Source: an uncultured Methanomassiliicoccaceae archaeon
Lineage (GTDB): Archaea; Thermoplasmatota; Thermoplasmata; Methanomassiliicoccales; UBA472
Direction of reading: 5' to 3'
DNA length: 34,274 bases
NCBI GenBank assembly: GCA_964500045.1
Contig: CAZCNG010000001.1
Location: 7,442-41,715, forward strand
The notes beneath the pieces were generated by a model. That model was not told where the DNA came from and ran no database searches. It worked only from the letters and a program-made list of their open reading frames with translations. Position 1 is the stretch's first letter; each line of letters opens with the position of its first letter. Made by a program: the position numbers and the translations under genes. This document shows, piece by piece, positions 1 to 9,276 of this stretch.

Positions 1-1
1 G

Positions 2-976
2 GTGGCCATGGACCTCCTGGCCGAGATGATGACCAAACCGCTCTTCGACGGCGGGCACATCGAGATGGAGAAGGGGGTGGTCAAGCAGGAGATCAACTCC
101 CGCCTCAACGACCCGGACCGGTACGTGCGCAGCCTGCTGATGCGCGACATGTTCGGCAAGCATCCATTGGGCCGCATGGTGCTGGGCACGCAGAAAGCGG
201 TGCAAGCGTTGGACCGCGACATTATTCTGGAGCACTGGGCCCGGCACTATGTGCCGGCCAACATGGCCGTCGTGGTCACTGGCAACATCACCTCGAAGGA
301 AGTGCTGGATTGGGCCGAGGCCGCGTTCGGCGCTCTGCCCACCGGCGTGAAGCGGGGGGAGCGAGCGCACCCTACCATCAGAGCGCGCACGGTGCTGCAC
401 CGCCGCGAGGGGGAGCATGCCTTCGTGGCGCTCGGGTGGCCAGGACTGGCCGCCGATGATGATGCTTCCTACGCGGCGACGATCCTCTCGACCGTCATGG
501 GCGGCGGCATGAGCTCCCGCCTGATGCACCGCATCCGCGAAAAGGAGGGTTTGGTCTACGGCATCGGCATGGCCGCGCCCAGCTACACCGACTCCGGCAC
601 GCTGGAATGTCACTTCTCGACGACGCAGGAGAAAGCGCTGCGCGTCCTGCAGCTGGTGGCCGAAGAGGCGCGCACCATCAAGGCCGAAGGACTGCGTCCG
701 GGCGAACTGGAGCGGGCCAAGATGATCATCAAGGGCAACGTCCTGCGCAGCAAGGGGCAGCCCAACTCGGAGATCCTTGCTCTAACCTACAGCCTAGCCA
801 AGCTCGGTCGTCCCGTCACCGCGGAAGAGGACCTGCTCGGTATCCTGGAAGTCACCGAGGAACAGGTCCAGGCGTCGGCCGCGCTCATGCAGCGGTCCAT
901 GATGTCCGCCGCTGTGCATACGGAAGAGAAGGGCGGTGCAGCGGTGCTGGAAGCGGTGCAGGCGATGGACTACTGA
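2..976 (+). CDS. M16 (pitrilysin/insulinase-type) zinc peptidase family protein, C-terminal portion; 5' end lies outside the window
   Basis: The frame is open from the window edge to TGA at 974-976. HPLGRMVLGTQKAVQALDRDIILEHWARHYVPANMAVVVTGNI and the following alpha/beta half resemble the middle and C-terminal domains of M16 peptidases. The HxxEH zinc motif would lie upstream of the window. Confidence 0.6.
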   Translation: MAMDLLAEMMTKPLFDGGHIEMEKGVVKQEINSRLNDPDRYVRSLLMRDMFGKHPLGRMVLGTQKAVQALDRDIILEHWARHYVPANMAVVVTGNITSKEVLDWAEAAFGALPTGVKRGERAHPTIRARTVLHRREGEHAFVALGWPGLAADDDASYAATILSTVMGGGMSSRLMHRIREKEGLVYGIGMAAPSYTDSGTLECHFSTTQEKALRVLQLVAEEARTIKAEGLRPGELERAKMIIKGNVLRSKGQPNSEILALTYSLAKLGRPVTAEEDLLGILEVTEEQVQASAALMQRSMMSAAVHTEEKGGAAVLEAVQAMDY

Positions 977-2280
977 GGATTTTGCCGACCTGGTTCGAAC
1001 AGGGAAGGTGGCGGGTCTTCGCCGCGTAGATGCGCAGCGATGCGCCCGGCGGCCGCCACCGATGGGAGTATCCCGATGCCGTTGCAGCCCAGGTTGAGCA
1101 GCAGGCGCGTCTCCTCAGGGTGCGGTCCGACGAGCCTTACTCCAGAGCCCGTATAGCCCATCAGTCCTGACCAGAAGAAAGGATGCTCCTCCTGGTGCAC
1201 GTAACCGGGGACGGCATCGCGCAGGAAGCGGTGGATCTCCTCCCTTCCGCCCGGCACGAGGTCGGCGCGGTGCGCGAACCGCTCTCCCTCCTGCAGCTTC
1301 CTTTCTGGACCACCGACGCACACCAGGTCGCCCTGCTCCGTCGTGCGGCGCGTGATGTAAAAGTAATAGCCCTCCCGCGCTGGCAGGTGGGTCAGCACCG
1401 CTGGTGCCTCACGCTGCAGATCGAAGTAGCCGAGCATGCAGGCGACCATGCCTTGGATCGAGGTGCATCTCATCCCCTCGGAACCGTTGATCGGACTGGC
1501 GCCGTAGCCGTTGATGCAAAGAACGGCGTTGGCGCAGGTCACCTGGCCGCCCGCAGAATTGATGGTGAGGTCTTCCCCGAAGGATATGTCCGTGGCGGCA
1601 GAGTTCTCATGCACCTGCAGACGGCCCGGGTATTCGGTCAGCAGCTTCTCCACCAGGCTTTCCGCCAGCAGAGAACTGTTGACGCAGCCGCGCCGTGAGA
1701 AGGCCACGCCCTCGCAATCGCCTGGCTTTCGCAGGCGCATGACATCGATCTGCCGCCGAGGAACGAGCCGCACCAGCCCGGCCTCGGTTGCAGAGAGCAG
1801 ACGGGAGTCCTCCGCCAGGATGATGTCGTCCCCCTCCAGTCCGGCCCGGTGCATGACCTCCCGGTCGCCGAGCAGACGGTCGAGGTGCCAACCCTCGGTG
1901 ATCGCTGTCCTTCCCTGCACCTGCACGAGTTCCACGCCCGCGTAGGCGCACAGCTCCTCGAGCATGGGCCAGGTCGCGGTCACTTCGGCCTGCAGGGAAC
2001 CCGCGGCATGCGTGCCGAATTCCGTGGCGAGCGAGGACAGGGGACGTTCGAAGCGGTCCACCGCCTGGCCGGCATTATGACCGGTGGCGCCATGCCCGAC
2101 CTTGTCCGCTTCCAGTAGAATGAATGCCTTCTCAGTGGTCTTGAGACCTTGATAGAGCGTGGCGATACCGGCGATACCGCCGCCGATGACGCAGACATCC
2201 GCCCTCCTGGCGCCTTCCAGGCGGTGGACCGGACGCGAGCGCGCATACAGCGCCAGCCAGGGAGAGAGTCCTTCAGCCAT
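970..2280 (-). CDS. FAD-dependent oxidoreductase (DAO-like family)
   Basis: 436 aa with an N-terminal Rossmann dinucleotide motif, VCVIGGGIAGIATLY (GxGxxG). The ATG at 2280 overlaps the stop of the upstream biotin-carrier gene by 8 nt, which suggests co-transcription. The stop is TAG at 970-972. Confidence 0.7.
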   Translation of the reverse strand: MAEGLSPWLALYARSRPVHRLEGARRADVCVIGGGIAGIATLYQGLKTTEKAFILLEADKVGHGATGHNAGQAVDRFERPLSSLATEFGTHAAGSLQAEVTATWPMLEELCAYAGVELVQVQGRTAITEGWHLDRLLGDREVMHRAGLEGDDIILAEDSRLLSATEAGLVRLVPRRQIDVMRLRKPGDCEGVAFSRRGCVNSSLLAESLVEKLLTEYPGRLQVHENSAATDISFGEDLTINSAGGQVTCANAVLCINGYGASPINGSEGMRCTSIQGMVACMLGYFDLQREAPAVLTHLPAREGYYFYITRRTTEQGDLVCVGGPERKLQEGERFAHRADLVPGGREEIHRFLRDAVPGYVHQEEHPFFWSGLMGYTGSGVRLVGPHPEETRLLLNLGCNGIGILPSVAAAGRIAAHLRGEDPPPSLFEPGRQNPQ

Positions 2281-2782
2281 CCAGCACTACCAGGGTCTGG
2301 CCGCCTTCGATGGTCTCGCCCGGCTTGACCTTGATCTCCTTGACGGTGCCGGCCGACTCGGACAGTATCTCATTCTCCATCTTCATGGCCTCCATGACGG
2401 CCACGACCTGGCGTTCGCTGACCTTGTCGCCGACCTTGACCTTGAGGGAGATGACCTTGCCCGGCATCGGGGCGGTGATCAGGTTCTTTGCGAGGATCGT
2501 TCCGCCTTCTTCGGTGGACGTCGCCTCCAAGACCTCGATCTCCTGGATCTGCTCCACGCGCACCTTCATGACGCGCTCGCCGCTGGTGACGAGGGCATCG
2601 TCGTTGAGGGCGCCATCGACCTTGATCGGCAGCAGCTCTCCGTTGATGTAGAGGCCGTTCTCTTTGAAGATGCACTTGTACTGCTGTCCGTCCACGGTGA
2701 CGCGGTATTCGCCGGCCGCTTTCTCGACGATCGCTTCGTGCGGGGAGGAGTTGATGATGACCTTGAGCTTCAGTTCATCCAC
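2273..2782 (-). CDS. Biotin carboxyl carrier / transcarboxylase 1.3S-like subunit (biotinyl-lipoyl domain)
   Basis: C-terminal biotinyl domain with the canonical EAMKMENEI biotinylation motif (AMKM). The N-terminus LKLKVIINSS... resembles the MKLKVTVNG start of 1.3S subunits. The track ORF starts at GTG 2824. I prefer GTG 2782, which is preceded by a G-rich GGGGGGG stretch and overlaps the 5S stop by only 13 nt. Stop is TGA at 2273-2275. Confidence 0.75.
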   Translation of the reverse strand: MDELKLKVIINSSPHEAIVEKAAGEYRVTVDGQQYKCIFKENGLYINGELLPIKVDGALNDDALVTSGERVMKVRVEQIQEIEVLEATSTEEGGTILAKNLITAPMPGKVISLKVKVGDKVSERQVVAVMEAMKMENEILSESAGTVKEIKVKPGETIEGGQTLVVLDG

Positions 2783-4257
2783 CCCCCCTGCGACATGGAC
2801 TCGCGGCGCGCCGCCGCCCTCCACAGGTCCATGCTGGTGCCGTTGCTCTTCACGTCGGGCCGCTTCTCCATGGACCTCATGTACAGCACCGCGATGGCGG
2901 CGATGTCCTTCAGATTCAGGCCTTTGTCGTTCATCTCGCGGTCGCGGAAGTATTCCAGCGCCACCTGCGGGAAGAGCGCGTAGGAGAGCACGTCCTCCTC
3001 TCCCCGGGCCAGCGGCCCTGCTTCCTGGGCCAGCCTTTCATACTCGGGCTCCAGCAGGTCCGCCGGACGCATGGTGATGGGGACGTCGTCGCCGATGATC
3101 TTCTTCCTGATGGCCGGGTCGATCTCCGCCGGCGTCCTTCCGTAGAGGCCACGCACCAGGTCGCGCGTCTCCTTGGTGACCATCTTGTACCTCTCCCCCG
3201 AGATGACGTTCAAGGCCGCCTGCGTGCCGACGATCTGGGAGGTCGGCGTCACCAAGGGTGGGTAGCCCAGCTCGGCGCGTACCCGGGGCACTTCCTCCAG
3301 CACCTGGGTCATCTTGCCCTCCTGCTTCGCCTCGCGCAGCTGGGTGGCAAAATTGGAGGTCATGCCGCCGGGGATCTGGAAGATGAGCACATTGGTGTCG
3401 ATGGCGTTGCTCTCCGCCTCGAACATGTGGTACTTCTTGCGGACCTCCTTGAAATAGTCCGCTATTTCCTTCAGTCGGCGCAGGTCAAGGCCCGTGTCGA
3501 ACTCGGTGTCCTTGAAACAGGCTACCAGCGACTCGGTCGGCGGTTGGGACGTCCCCATGGCCATGGACGATATCGCCGTGTCGATGATCTCGGCGCCGGC
3601 CTCGACGCCCTTGACATACATGGCGGTGGCCATGCCGCTGGTGGCATGCGTGTGGAGATGGACGGGAAGGGCGGTCTCTTCCCTCAGTCCTTTGACCAAT
3701 TCGTAGGCGTTGTACGGGGAGAGCAGGCCGGCCATGTCCTTGATGCAGATGGTGTCCGCGCCCAGCTCCTTCAGCTTGATGGCGGTCTTGATGAAACTGG
3801 GGATGTTGTGCACGGGGCTAATGGTGTAGGCTATGGTGGCCTCCACTATGCCGCCGGCCTTCTTGGCAGCCCGCATGGCGGTCTGCATGTTCCTGACGTC
3901 GTTCAACGCGTCGAAGATGCGGAAGACGTCGATGCCCCGCGTTGCCGCCCGGGCCACGAACTTCTCGACGATGTCGTCCGAGTAGTGGCGGTAGCCGACG
4001 ATGTTCTGCCCCCGCAAAAGCATCTGGAATGGCGTGTTGGGCATGAGCGCCTTGAGCTTGGAGACCCGCTCCCAGGGATCCTCCTTGAGGAAGCGGAGGC
4101 ACGAGTCGAAGGTGGCCCCGCCCCACATCTCCACGGACCAGTAGCCGATCTCGTCCATGATCGGCGCGATCGGCAGCATGTCCTCGGTCTTCATCCTCGT
4201 GGATAATAGGGATTGATGCGCGTCGCGCAGCACGGTCTCGGTGATCTTGGTGCGCAT
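2770..4257 (-). CDS. Carboxyltransferase 5S subunit (oxaloacetate decarboxylase alpha / pyruvate carboxylase B-like TIM-barrel) without a fused biotinyl domain
   Basis: 495 aa. The N-terminus ITETVLRDAHQSLLSTRMKTEDMLPIAPIMDEIGYWSVEMWGGATFDSCLRFLKEDPWERV is the hallmark start of the HMGL-like/5S carboxyltransferase fold. HLHTHATSGMA is the metal-site motif. Confidence 0.85.
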   Translation of the reverse strand: MRTKITETVLRDAHQSLLSTRMKTEDMLPIAPIMDEIGYWSVEMWGGATFDSCLRFLKEDPWERVSKLKALMPNTPFQMLLRGQNIVGYRHYSDDIVEKFVARAATRGIDVFRIFDALNDVRNMQTAMRAAKKAGGIVEATIAYTISPVHNIPSFIKTAIKLKELGADTICIKDMAGLLSPYNAYELVKGLREETALPVHLHTHATSGMATAMYVKGVEAGAEIIDTAISSMAMGTSQPPTESLVACFKDTEFDTGLDLRRLKEIADYFKEVRKKYHMFEAESNAIDTNVLIFQIPGGMTSNFATQLREAKQEGKMTQVLEEVPRVRAELGYPPLVTPTSQIVGTQAALNVISGERYKMVTKETRDLVRGLYGRTPAEIDPAIRKKIIGDDVPITMRPADLLEPEYERLAQEAGPLARGEEDVLSYALFPQVALEYFRDREMNDKGLNLKDIAAIAVLYMRSMEKRPDVKSNGTSMDLWRAAARRESMSQGGWMN

Positions 4258-4266
4258 TGTAACACC

Positions 4267-5817
4267 TCAGAGCGGCATGTTGCCATGCTTCTTCTGCGGC
4301 CTGGTCTCCCTCTTCTTCTCCAACATGCGGAGCGCGGTGATGAGGCGGGGGCGGGATTCCTTGGGTTCGATGATGTCGTCCAGATAACCCCTCTCTGCCG
4401 CCACGAACGCTGAGGCGTACGCCTTCCGGTATTCGGAGATGAGCTCGTCCCTCTTGACCTGGGGGTCGTCCGCCATGATCAATTCCTGCTTGTAGACGAT
4501 GTTGATGGCGCCCTCCGGTCCGACCACCGCGATCTCCGCGGTCGGCCAGGCCAGATTGACGTCGGAACGGAGCTGTTTGGACCCCATGACGCAGTAGGCG
4601 CCGCCGATGGCCTTTCTCGTCACCATGGTGATCTTGGGGACCGTCGCTTCGCAATAGGCATAGAGGAGCTTGGCGCTCTGCACGACCAATCCATCCATCT
4701 CCTGCTGCGGGGACGGCAGGTAGCCAGGCACGTCGACCAGTGAGATGATCGGCACATTGAAGCAGTCGCAGAAGCGCACGAAGCGGGCGGCCTTCAGAGA
4801 AGAATGCGAATCCAACGTGCCCGCGAAGAACATGGGGTTATTGGCCACGATGCCGACGGGAACGCCGTCCAGGCGTGCGAATCCGACGAGTATGTTCTTG
4901 GCGAAGTTCTTCTGCACCTCGACGAATTCGCCGTTGTCGAAGATCTTGTAGATGACCTCCTTCATGTCGTAAGGCTTCTGCGGGTCGTCCGGAATGATGC
5001 CGTCCAGCGACTCTTCCCTACGCTCGGGGTCATCCTTGGCCTTGATCGCGGGAGGCGAGTCCAGGTTGTTGGAAGGGAGGTAAGAGAGCAGCTTCTTGAC
5101 GCTGCGCAGACAATCTAGATCGTCCTCGCACACGAAATGCGCCACGCCGCTGCGAGTGGAGTGGGTGATCGCTCCCCCCAGCTCCTCGAAGGAGATCTCC
5201 TCGTTCTGCACCGCCTTGATGACATCGGGGCCGACCATGAACATGTGCGACTTGCCTTTGACCATGAAGGTGAAGTCGCTGAGGCCTGGTCCCAGCACGG
5301 ACGCGCCGGCGCAGGGGCCCATGATCATCGCGATCTGCGGGATCACGCCCGAGGCCACGGCGTTGCGGAACAGTATCTCTCCGAATCCGTGCAGCGAGTC
5401 GGCACCTTCCTGGATGCGCGCACCGCCACTGTCGTAGATGCCGATGAGGGGCGATCCGGTCTTGAGGGCCATGTCGATGACCTTGCACACCTTCTGGGCG
5501 TGCATCTTTCCGACGGAGCCGGCGAAGACGGTGAAGTCCTGGGCGAAGACGAACACCTGGCGGCCGTCGATGGTGCCGTGGCCGGTGACCACTCCGTCGC
5601 CAGGCAGCTTGTGCTTGTCCATGCCGAAATGGGAGGACTGGTGCGTGACGAAGGCGTCGAACTCAGTGAAGCTTCCGGGATCCAGCAAGCTGTCTATGCG
5701 CTCCCGGGCGCTCATCTTGCCCTGGCGGTGGTGCTTCTCCAGGCGGTCCAGGCCGCCCCCGGCCCGCGACCTCTTCTTCATCTCCTTCAGTTCCTTCGTC
5801 CTCTCCTCAATGCCCAT
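4267..5817 (-). CDS. Acyl-CoA carboxyltransferase beta chain (methylmalonyl-CoA carboxyltransferase 12S / propionyl-CoA carboxylase beta family)
   Basis: 516 aa. GKMSARERIDSLLDPGSFTEFD, GVVTGHGTIDGRQVFVFAQDFTVFAGSVG and MGPCAGASV are typical of the crotonase-fold carboxyltransferase family. It ends 9 nt upstream of the 5S gene start. Confidence 0.9.
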   Translation of the reverse strand: MGIEERTKELKEMKKRSRAGGGLDRLEKHHRQGKMSARERIDSLLDPGSFTEFDAFVTHQSSHFGMDKHKLPGDGVVTGHGTIDGRQVFVFAQDFTVFAGSVGKMHAQKVCKVIDMALKTGSPLIGIYDSGGARIQEGADSLHGFGEILFRNAVASGVIPQIAMIMGPCAGASVLGPGLSDFTFMVKGKSHMFMVGPDVIKAVQNEEISFEELGGAITHSTRSGVAHFVCEDDLDCLRSVKKLLSYLPSNNLDSPPAIKAKDDPERREESLDGIIPDDPQKPYDMKEVIYKIFDNGEFVEVQKNFAKNILVGFARLDGVPVGIVANNPMFFAGTLDSHSSLKAARFVRFCDCFNVPIISLVDVPGYLPSPQQEMDGLVVQSAKLLYAYCEATVPKITMVTRKAIGGAYCVMGSKQLRSDVNLAWPTAEIAVVGPEGAINIVYKQELIMADDPQVKRDELISEYRKAYASAFVAAERGYLDDIIEPKESRPRLITALRMLEKKRETRPQKKHGNMPL

Positions 5818-5856
5818 GGTCCTCGCCTCCTTCTATATCGCATCGTTTAATAACCG

Positions 5857-6615
5857 TTATTGTCGGAAATATTCCTGTGCGGCTTCTTCCCGCAGGGTCG
5901 TGTCGTATGCGCTGCTGAGCGAATACGTCATACCTTCCTCTGTCTTGATCACCAATGCTCCGCCGTCCTCGATGTATATGGCCTTGCCGGCCACCATCTG
6001 GTCCCCTAATCTCGCCTCCACCACGCGGCCCAGCGTCTGACAGCGCGACCTATAGGCGTCCGTGTCCAGTTCTCCCTTCAGCAGGGACGCGTAGAAGGCG
6101 TCCAGCCGAAAGAGCAACGTGTGCAGGAAGGCGTCGCGGGCTACTTCCTTACCGGTGAGCGCGAGCAGCGACGTGGCCGTCGCCAGTCCCACGTCCTCCG
6201 GTCTGGTGTTGAGGTTGATGCCTATGCCCAGCACCACCGATTCCGTCCTGCCGGCCATGCTGCTGCCTTCGGCCAATATGCCGCCGACCTTCAATCCGCC
6301 GGCGATTATGTCGTTGGGCCATTTTATGCCCGCCTGGATCCCGTAGACGTCCTCGATCGCCAAGGCCACGGGCAGGCATGAGAATACGGTCAAGCGATTG
6401 AGAAGGGTGGCGTCCATGGGTGGGCGCAGGATGACGGAGAGGTAGATCCCGCCCGGTGGGCTGGTCCAGGAGCGCCCTAGACGCCCTCTTCCGGCGGTCT
6501 GCGTGGATGCCACAACGACCGTCCCCTCCACTTCGCCCTCGGCCGCCAAGGCCTTGGCCAGCTGATTGGTGGAGGGCACCTCGTCCTTCATGATCACTTT
6601 ATGCCCGATGAGCAT
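5857..6615 (-). CDS. birA: Biotin-protein ligase (class I, no HTH domain)
   Basis: GRGRLGRSW and KWPNDI motifs. I place the start at ATG 6615 (MLIGHKVIMKDEVPSTNQ) rather than the track start at 6933. The 106-codon extension is Arg/Gly/His-rich junk that overlaps the upstream ACT gene. Confidence 0.8.
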   Translation of the reverse strand: MLIGHKVIMKDEVPSTNQLAKALAAEGEVEGTVVVASTQTAGRGRLGRSWTSPPGGIYLSVILRPPMDATLLNRLTVFSCLPVALAIEDVYGIQAGIKWPNDIIAGGLKVGGILAEGSSMAGRTESVVLGIGINLNTRPEDVGLATATSLLALTGKEVARDAFLHTLLFRLDAFYASLLKGELDTDAYRSRCQTLGRVVEARLGDQMVAGKAIYIEDGGALVIKTEEGMTYSLSSAYDTTLREEAAQEYFRQ

Positions 6616-6632
6616 CGCAGCCCCGGCCCGCC

Positions 6633-7613
6633 TTAGACCTTGATCTCGCGCATGGCGGTCAGCTGGTACTCGCCGCTCAGTTCCGCCAGGCGGTCGGCCA
6701 GGGACCGCATCAGGGCGGACACGTTGCCTTCGTAGGCGGTGGTGTCGGCCAAGATCTCCAGGGACATGCGGTCGTAGTAGACCAGCACCTTGGTGTAGAG
6801 GCAGAGCAGGTTGATGTTCGACTTGGCGAGCACGTTGGTCACCGCGTGCACCGCTCCCGGCTTGTCGGGGATGCTGATGCTGAATTCCGCGAGCCGCGTG
6901 TTGGGCGCCATGAAGGAAAGGGACATGGCCCATTCGTCGGTGTCGGCGACCATCATAACGAGGGCGCCGTCCTTGACGTTCTCCAGGTTCTTGAGGAAGT
7001 CCGCGGGTAGGTCCATCTCGCCATGGCGGATGATGCTGGCGCCCTTCTGCGCCTTCTTAAGTGCCTTGACCTTGACCGGCGAGCCCTTGGGAACGATGCC
7101 CTTGGTGTAGCGGTCGCTGATGTTGGAGGCGTCGATCTCCATGGCGTCGATCTTGGCCACGGCCGAGGATCTCTGTCTCTTGAGGGTGTCGAAGTCCTCC
7201 TTCAGCTGGACCGCATCTCCGAAGTAAGAGAGGTCGACCAGCATCTTCCAGACCATGGTGATGCCGCTGACCATGGAGACCGACACCGAGTTGAGGATGT
7301 CGATGTTGCGGTCCGCGAGGAACTTGGCCGCCTCGGCGCAGGAGCCGGGCACATCCAACATGTAGAAGGTGGCGGAACAGATCTGCCGGTAGTTCTCCGG
7401 TCCGAAGGTGGAAAGGACGATCTCGTAGCCGCTGTGGCCATCGTGCTCATAGCGGAACATGGCGCTGTAGACCTGGGATCCATTCTCGAATCCGAGCGGG
7501 CCGCCGATCCTGTCGCCGATCCTTATCTTGCCGTTCTCCAGCCGGGTGAAATCCCATAGCTTCATGTTCGGACCTGACGCGCCAACGGCCTCGGCCTTGA
7601 TAAAGATTGTCAT
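6633..7613 (-). CDS. Protein with two ACT-like regulatory domains, function unknown
   Basis: 326 aa with two segments of the ACT pattern: LDVPGSCAEAAKFLADRNIDILN and ISIPDKPGAVHAVTNVLAKSNINLL. It is the first gene of the co-directional biotin operon and ends 17 nt before birA. Confidence 0.5.
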   Translation of the reverse strand: MTIFIKAEAVGASGPNMKLWDFTRLENGKIRIGDRIGGPLGFENGSQVYSAMFRYEHDGHSGYEIVLSTFGPENYRQICSATFYMLDVPGSCAEAAKFLADRNIDILNSVSVSMVSGITMVWKMLVDLSYFGDAVQLKEDFDTLKRQRSSAVAKIDAMEIDASNISDRYTKGIVPKGSPVKVKALKKAQKGASIIRHGEMDLPADFLKNLENVKDGALVMMVADTDEWAMSLSFMAPNTRLAEFSISIPDKPGAVHAVTNVLAKSNINLLCLYTKVLVYYDRMSLEILADTTAYEGNVSALMRSLADRLAELSGEYQLTAMREIKV

Positions 7614-7774
7614 GCTATCCGCACCTATCCAGGCCTCTTTCGTCGTGGGTCCGTCAAACGCTGGAAAATGATTCCATAAGAGACTCGTTTTGCCGCCAAG
7701 CGATATATATGGGCTGTTTCATGGCTGGCCTCAACAGGTAGAGCGATACCTAGTGTTCTGCCTCGGAGTGATCC

Positions 7775-9256
7775 GTGTCGTCCAGTCCGGTCCACCAAGA
7801 GAAGCTCTCCCTGCAGGGGAGCGGTATCATCCTCATCCTCCTGGCGCTCATCGCCATGATGGTCATGTTCATCGAGATCATGCTGGTGCCTGCGCTACCC
7901 AGCATCGCCAAGGAGTTCCCGACCGAAAAGGAGTGGATCTCCTGGGTCCTCTCCGCCTACATGCTGGTCGGAGCGGTCTCCACGCTCATACTCGGGAGGC
8001 TCGGGGACATCTATGGTAAGAAGAAGATCCTGCTGGTCGCCCTCGGCTTCTACATCGCGGGGCTGATAGGTAGCGCCTTCTGCTGGTCGCTGGCCTCGCT
8101 CATCGCCTTCCGCGCAGTGCAGGGCGTCGGCATGGGCATGTTCTCGTTGGCCTTCGGCATCGTGCGCGACACCTTCCCCCGGCGCCTGATCCCGGTGGCC
8201 ATGGGCATAATCAGCGCCATGTTCTCCGTCGGCGTCAGCATCGGACTGTTGGGCGGCGGTTGGATCGTTAGCAACCTTTCCTGGAGGGATTGCTTCTACA
8301 TCCTGGCGCCCCTGCTCACGATCATGGCCATCGCCTGTGCGGTGCTCATCAAGACCGATGAGACGCGGCGGCCAGCGAAACTGGACCTGCCAGGGACGGC
8401 GATGTTCGCCGGCGGTATCCTCAGCCTTCTGCTCGGCCTTACGGAAGGTCAATCCTGGGGCTGGACCTCGGCGGGTATCTTGACCTTGTTCGCCCTCTCC
8501 GCCGTACTGATAATCGCTTTCATCTTCTGGGAAAAGCGTGCTTCGTCGCCCATAATCTCCCTGCGGCTCATGGCCAATCGCGGCATCGCCGGGACGAACG
8601 TGGCCGCGTTCTTCATCGGGCTGGTCATGTTCATGACCTTTCAGATCATGCCCTACTTCCTGATGGCGCCGGCAGTGGTCGGCGGCTTTGGCCTGACGGA
8701 CGCGTTCATGGTCGGCGTGTACATGCTGCCATCGGCACTGGCGCAGTTGATCTTCGCCCCCATCGCGGGCAAATATTCCCGGCGCTTCGGCGCGGACAAC
8801 TTCCTTATCCTGGGCATCGGCTTCATGCTGCTGAGTTCACTGATGATCATCTTCCTCCACACCAACTTGTTGGAGTTCTTGCTGGCCATCTTCGTGATGG
8901 GCATAGGCATGGGCCTGTCGATGGTCTCGCTCATCAACGTTATTACGATGTCGGCGCCCAAGCGGGATTTCGGGGCCGCCACTGGAATGAACACCCTCTT
9001 CCGCGTCGTTGGTGGTGCCATCGGTCCAGTGCTTGCGGCGGTCATCATGGCCAACTTCACACAAATGTGGCAGCCTCCCTATCTGCCGGTCCCGGTACCG
9101 ATCACCAGTGAGATCGGCTACATGTGGGTCTGGGGCGTGGGGGCCATCTTCTCCGCCATTGCCCTGGTGTTCTGCATCATCTTCCGTCCCGGTCGCGGCA
9201 TCAGCTTTGACCACGAAGTGGAGGAGCACGAAGAAAAGGTGGTGAGCGAACCATGA
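7775..9256 (+). CDS. MFS transporter, DHA2 (EmrB/QacA-like, about 14 TMS) drug:H+ antiporter family
   Basis: 493 aa and highly hydrophobic. LGRLGDIYGKKK is the MFS motif A (GxLaDrxGrkk type). Its length fits 14-TMS DHA2 members. GTG start at 7775. Confidence 0.8.
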   Translation: MSSSPVHQEKLSLQGSGIILILLALIAMMVMFIEIMLVPALPSIAKEFPTEKEWISWVLSAYMLVGAVSTLILGRLGDIYGKKKILLVALGFYIAGLIGSAFCWSLASLIAFRAVQGVGMGMFSLAFGIVRDTFPRRLIPVAMGIISAMFSVGVSIGLLGGGWIVSNLSWRDCFYILAPLLTIMAIACAVLIKTDETRRPAKLDLPGTAMFAGGILSLLLGLTEGQSWGWTSAGILTLFALSAVLIIAFIFWEKRASSPIISLRLMANRGIAGTNVAAFFIGLVMFMTFQIMPYFLMAPAVVGGFGLTDAFMVGVYMLPSALAQLIFAPIAGKYSRRFGADNFLILGIGFMLLSSLMIIFLHTNLLEFLLAIFVMGIGMGLSMVSLINVITMSAPKRDFGAATGMNTLFRVVGGAIGPVLAAVIMANFTQMWQPPYLPVPVPITSEIGYMWVWGVGAIFSAIALVFCIIFRPGRGISFDHEVEEHEEKVVSEP

Positions 9257-9276
9257 CGCCGTTGCTGCGACTTCCC

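Noticed and set aside
970-976. 7-nt convergent overlap of the M16 peptidase and FAD oxidoreductase 3' ends (CTACTGA), and possible read-through of the oxidoreductase TAG
   Set aside because: Overlapping convergent stops are common in compact genomes. Translating past the TAG gives SIACTASSTAAPPF..., antisense-of-coding sequence with no resemblance to a DAO C-terminus.
3818-4654. 278-aa minus-strand ORF spanning the 12S/5S gene junction in another frame
   Set aside because: It lies out of frame over two well-supported carboxyltransferase genes, and its composition is extremely Arg/Gly/His-rich.
6616-6933. 106-codon N-terminal extension of the BirA ORF in the track (start 6933)
   Set aside because: The extension is Arg/Gly/His/Pro-rich and overlaps the 3' end of the ACT gene. 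BirA homology starts at MLIGHKVIMKDEVPSTNQ (ATG 6615).
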